Below are positions 61,518 through 64,000 of a stretch of DNA of 64,000 nt, piece after piece; within the stretch, counting starts at the first letter, position 1; each line of letters starts with the position of its first letter. Both the position numbers and the translations under genes were made by a program. The notes below the pieces were generated by a model. It had not been told where the DNA came from, made no database searches, and saw only the letters and a list, made by a program, of their open reading frames with translations. This DNA comes from Minisyncoccota bacterium (GTDB lineage Bacteria; Patescibacteriota; Minisyncoccia; Phycocordibacterales; UBA9973): NCBI GenBank assembly GCA_031291825.1, contig JARLIG010000008.1, forward strand, positions 5,674 through 69,673. The letters run 5' to 3'.

Positions 61518-61540
61518 TTCCAGACGTCCAACGTCTGTAG
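61518..61540. repeat. Half copy of nested palindromic element (intergenic)
   Basis: TTCCAGACGTCCAACGTCTGTAG. Confidence 0.9.
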
Positions 61541-61542
61541 GT

Positions 61543-61551
61543 TTATCCACA
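61543..61551 (+). promoter_or_regulatory. Perfect DnaA box abutting half element
   Basis: TTATCCACA. Confidence 0.55.
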
Positions 61552-61616
61552 TTTAGATATTACTATATAGTATATATACAAATATAATGTTTTAAATTCA
61601 TGGTATTATATATTAT

Positions 61617-62621
61617 ATGAATAGGGTATTAGCTAAAAAACAAAGCTTAGGTCAGTTTTTCACAACAAATGATTTTTGGCTCAAAGATCATGTCTTGAAA
61701 TTTATAAAATCTACAAAAGCTGAGATTGCTTTTGACCCTTTTGCTGGTGATGGTGATTTATTAAGAGTAGCAAAAAAAATTGGTTTTAAAAAAATAAAAG
61801 GATTAGATATAGATAAAAATCTGAAGTGGGAATACAATGATAGCCTTTTGAGTATTCCAAAAATAAAAAAATCAATTATCATCACTAATCCACCGTATTT
61901 AACCAACTACAGCGCCAAGAGGAAGGGAGTTTACGAGGATGTTAAGAAATATTTTGATATTTGTAATTATGATGATATATACCAACTAGCCATTGAAAAA
62001 TGTCTAGAGAATGAATTTGGAGTAATGATTATTCCAGAAACTTTTATAAATTCAAAATTTCCAAAACATCGCTTAGTAAGTATTACAATAATTGAAGAGC
62101 AACTATTTAATGACACAGAAAATCCTGTTTGTGTCATATGTTTCAATGGCGAAGAGAAAAATTACGAAGATGTAAAAGTTTACAAAAATGAGAAATTTCT
62201 TGGAAGCCTGGGTTTTTTTGAAAAAATGAGAAAGATACCAAGCAAGAATACTTACGTAAAATTTAATTCTCTAAAAGGACAAATTGCCTTAAGAGCAGTA
62301 GATACAACAAATCCCCAAAGACCTATTTCTTTTATGAAACCAGAAGAAATGGACTATGATCTGACAACTATTAAACATAGTTCAAGATTGATTACACTAA
62401 TTGAATTAAATGCCACAAAAGATACAATAGATAAAATAATTATTTATAGCAATAAAGCACTTTTTGATTTTAGAAAAAAGACATCAGATGTTTTACTGTC
62501 TCCGTTTAAGGGGAATAAGAAAAATGGTGAAAGGAGAAGGAGGCTTGATTATTTGACAGCAAGAGCAATCTTAGAAGAAGCACATGATTTTACTCAAACA
62601 GGTAAATTATTTCCTTTGTAA
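61617..62621 (+). CDS. Amino-DNA methyltransferase (N6-adenine type)
   Basis: LGQFFT, FDPFAGDG (motif I), ITNPPY (motif IV). Confidence 0.9.
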   Translation: MNRVLAKKQSLGQFFTTNDFWLKDHVLKFIKSTKAEIAFDPFAGDGDLLRVAKKIGFKKIKGLDIDKNLKWEYNDSLLSIPKIKKSIIITNPPYLTNYSAKRKGVYEDVKKYFDICNYDDIYQLAIEKCLENEFGVMIIPETFINSKFPKHRLVSITIIEEQLFNDTENPVCVICFNGEEKNYEDVKVYKNEKFLGSLGFFEKMRKIPSKNTYVKFNSLKGQIALRAVDTTNPQRPISFMKPEEMDYDLTTIKHSSRLITLIELNATKDTIDKIIIYSNKALFDFRKKTSDVLLSPFKGNKKNGERRRRLDYLTARAILEEAHDFTQTGKLFPL

Positions 62622-62624
62622 AAA

Positions 62625-63599
62625 ATGAAAAACAATTTAGAATTATTTGAATACTCGCTTAAGAAACCTGAGCCTCTTATTGATGAAGCCTATGTTAAAT
62701 CACAGGATTTAGTTATTTCTGTTAATGATAAAAAACCAAATAGTTTAATGAAAAGCAATTTGGAGTTGCTAGAAAATATTTCTGCCTACAAAATTTCTCA
62801 AAAATCAAAAAATTTGAAAATGCTCAAACAAATAATTGATAATATTAGGTCATGTTTAAATACACCAAATATTAATTACTCAGAATTTTCAAGTTTTTGG
62901 TCTGTCACAGATGTATCTTACAGTTCATATAAGAAATTATCGGAAAACGAACAGATACATTTTCTTGAGGAAGTTATAAAAAAATATATAGAACACAGAC
63001 ATGGTATGTATTTGGGTTATGGTTATACACCTGTGACATTACAAGTAAGCAAGGATGCGAAAGCGCACAAACAGAGTGGTCCTCTTGGTGTAAAAAAAGT
63101 AGGATCAATTTTAAGAACACACGGTTTTAAACCACTTGAAGGATTAAATTTAAAGAATTTTTTATCACAAAATCTTGTTTACATTGATACAGATAAAACT
63201 GGTAAAAAACTATTTAAAGAAATTATTAAAGAAAATAATTTAAATTTTAAATGGGGTAAAAAATCAGACAATAAGATGCCAGACGTTTTGTTTAAATATA
63301 AGGGAAATCTGTTTATTGTTGAACACAAACACATGAAAGAAGGGGGTGGTGGACAAAACAAACAAGTAAACGAAGTTATTCAATTCATAAATTATTCAGA
63401 GAATAATTCAAAAATTAAAGTGCACTATGTAACATTTATGGATGGTAGATATTTCAATATGTTCAGTGATAAAAGTTTCAGAGAAAAAAGTAAAATTCCT
63501 ACTCAGGTAGCTAATATAAAAAATGCTTTGAAAAATAATCCGAATAATTATTTTGTTAACACGGATGGTTTTAAAGAACTATTAAAAAGTATAATATAA
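62625..63599 (+). CDS. Putative PD-(D/E)XK restriction endonuclease
   Basis: KMPDVLF...IVEHKHMKEGGGGQNKQ; directly downstream of the MTase. Confidence 0.75.
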   Translation: MKNNLELFEYSLKKPEPLIDEAYVKSQDLVISVNDKKPNSLMKSNLELLENISAYKISQKSKNLKMLKQIIDNIRSCLNTPNINYSEFSSFWSVTDVSYSSYKKLSENEQIHFLEEVIKKYIEHRHGMYLGYGYTPVTLQVSKDAKAHKQSGPLGVKKVGSILRTHGFKPLEGLNLKNFLSQNLVYIDTDKTGKKLFKEIIKENNLNFKWGKKSDNKMPDVLFKYKGNLFIVEHKHMKEGGGGQNKQVNEVIQFINYSENNSKIKVHYVTFMDGRYFNMFSDKSFREKSKIPTQVANIKNALKNNPNNYFVNTDGFKELLKSII

Positions 63600-63607
63600 T
63601 AAATTAC

Positions 63608-63778
63608 ATGTTAGCTAAATTATTTACAAAAGATAATAAAAAAGATTCAGAATTCTCTAAGTTTATCAGAGAAGCTTCTTCGAGTAAGAAGAAGAAAGTT
63701 TTCATGGATGTTTTAAAAAGGGCAACCGAAGATCAAAGAAAAATTCTAAATGAACCAATAACAACAAAAACCGCATAA
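63608..63778 (+). CDS. Small hypothetical protein (56 aa, not in ORF track)
   Basis: MLAKLFTKDNKKDSEFSKFIREASSSKKKKVFMDVLKRATEDQRKILNEPITTKTA. Confidence 0.65.
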   Translation: MLAKLFTKDNKKDSEFSKFIREASSSKKKKVFMDVLKRATEDQRKILNEPITTKTA

Positions 63779-63795
63779 CAGCGGTTTTTGTTTTT
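63763..63795 (+). terminator. Intrinsic terminator
   Basis: AACAAAAACCGC-ATAACA-GCGGTTTTTGTTTTT. Confidence 0.85.
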
Positions 63796-63816
63796 CATCT
63801 ATGTTATAATCCTCCC

Positions 63817-64000
63817 ATGATTACCAAAGAACAATACATAGAGAGTTTAGTGAAGGAGATTGAGATTATTAAACATTTAGCAGGGAAGATTGATGCGAGT
63901 AAGTTGGATTATCGGCCAACAGAGAAACAGCGAACCACGCTGGAGCTTTTGCAATACTTGGGGCAGTTTGCGCACACAGGCATCAGTGCATACATTGCAG
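63817..64000 (+). CDS. DinB/YfiT-like protein (runs off window edge)
   Basis: MITKEQY...KLDYRPTEKQRTTLELLQYL; TGTTATAAT-N6-ATG. Confidence 0.75.
   Translation, partial: MITKEQYIESLVKEIEIIKHLAGKIDASKLDYRPTEKQRTTLELLQYLGQFAHTGISAYIA

Noticed and set aside
847-61540. Palindromic repeats as a CRISPR array
   Set aside because: Copies are dispersed over 60 kb, with no repeat-spacer periodicity and no cas genes.
826-61551. DnaA boxes as oriC
   Set aside because: The boxes are solitary, there is no cluster or unwinding element, and no dnaA/dnaN lies in the window.
61617-63599. R-M system recognising the AAGCTT or GACGTC sites in the palindrome
   Set aside because: Specificity cannot be read from the sequence; adjacency is the only link.
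1-64000. Alternative genetic code (TGA = Gly)
   Set aside because: Conserved genes translate full length in code 11, several end in TGA, and RF2 is present.

Overview
Gene-dense, AT-rich bacterial chromosome segment whose gene content and style (short RF2, prfB-ftsEX-pyrG, secG next to a family-5 solute-binding protein, many Ser/Thr-rich secreted proteins with C-terminal peptidoglycan-binding domains) suggest a Patescibacteria/CPR (Parcubacteria-like) genome. The taxonomy is inferred, not searched. The window holds about 70 CDS, three intact tRNAs, two tRNA 5' fragments, a cobalamin riboswitch, a pgl-gnd-zwf operon, a MarR efflux operon and a putative type II R-M pair. I found no CRISPR array, rRNA or transposase. 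Main unexplained signals: (1) a 48-bp nested palindrome (two AGACGT-NNN-ACGTCT units) in 4 full and 2 half copies. Two copies are in-frame inside guaA and rnj, both giving PDVxRLEASRRxTSG, and all three intergenic copies abut a perfect DnaA box. (2) A second hairpin family with GCCCCG...GGGGT ends inserted in rarA, a DUF167 gene and a tRNA D-loop. (3) A riboswitch-controlled, transporter-less pair of transcobalamin-like surface proteins. (4) Pervasive TGnTATAAT-N6/7-ATG, implying leaderless mRNAs, in contrast to small orphan genes that carry Shine-Dalgarno motifs and their own terminators. All calls come from reading the sequence and the ORF track; no database searches were run.
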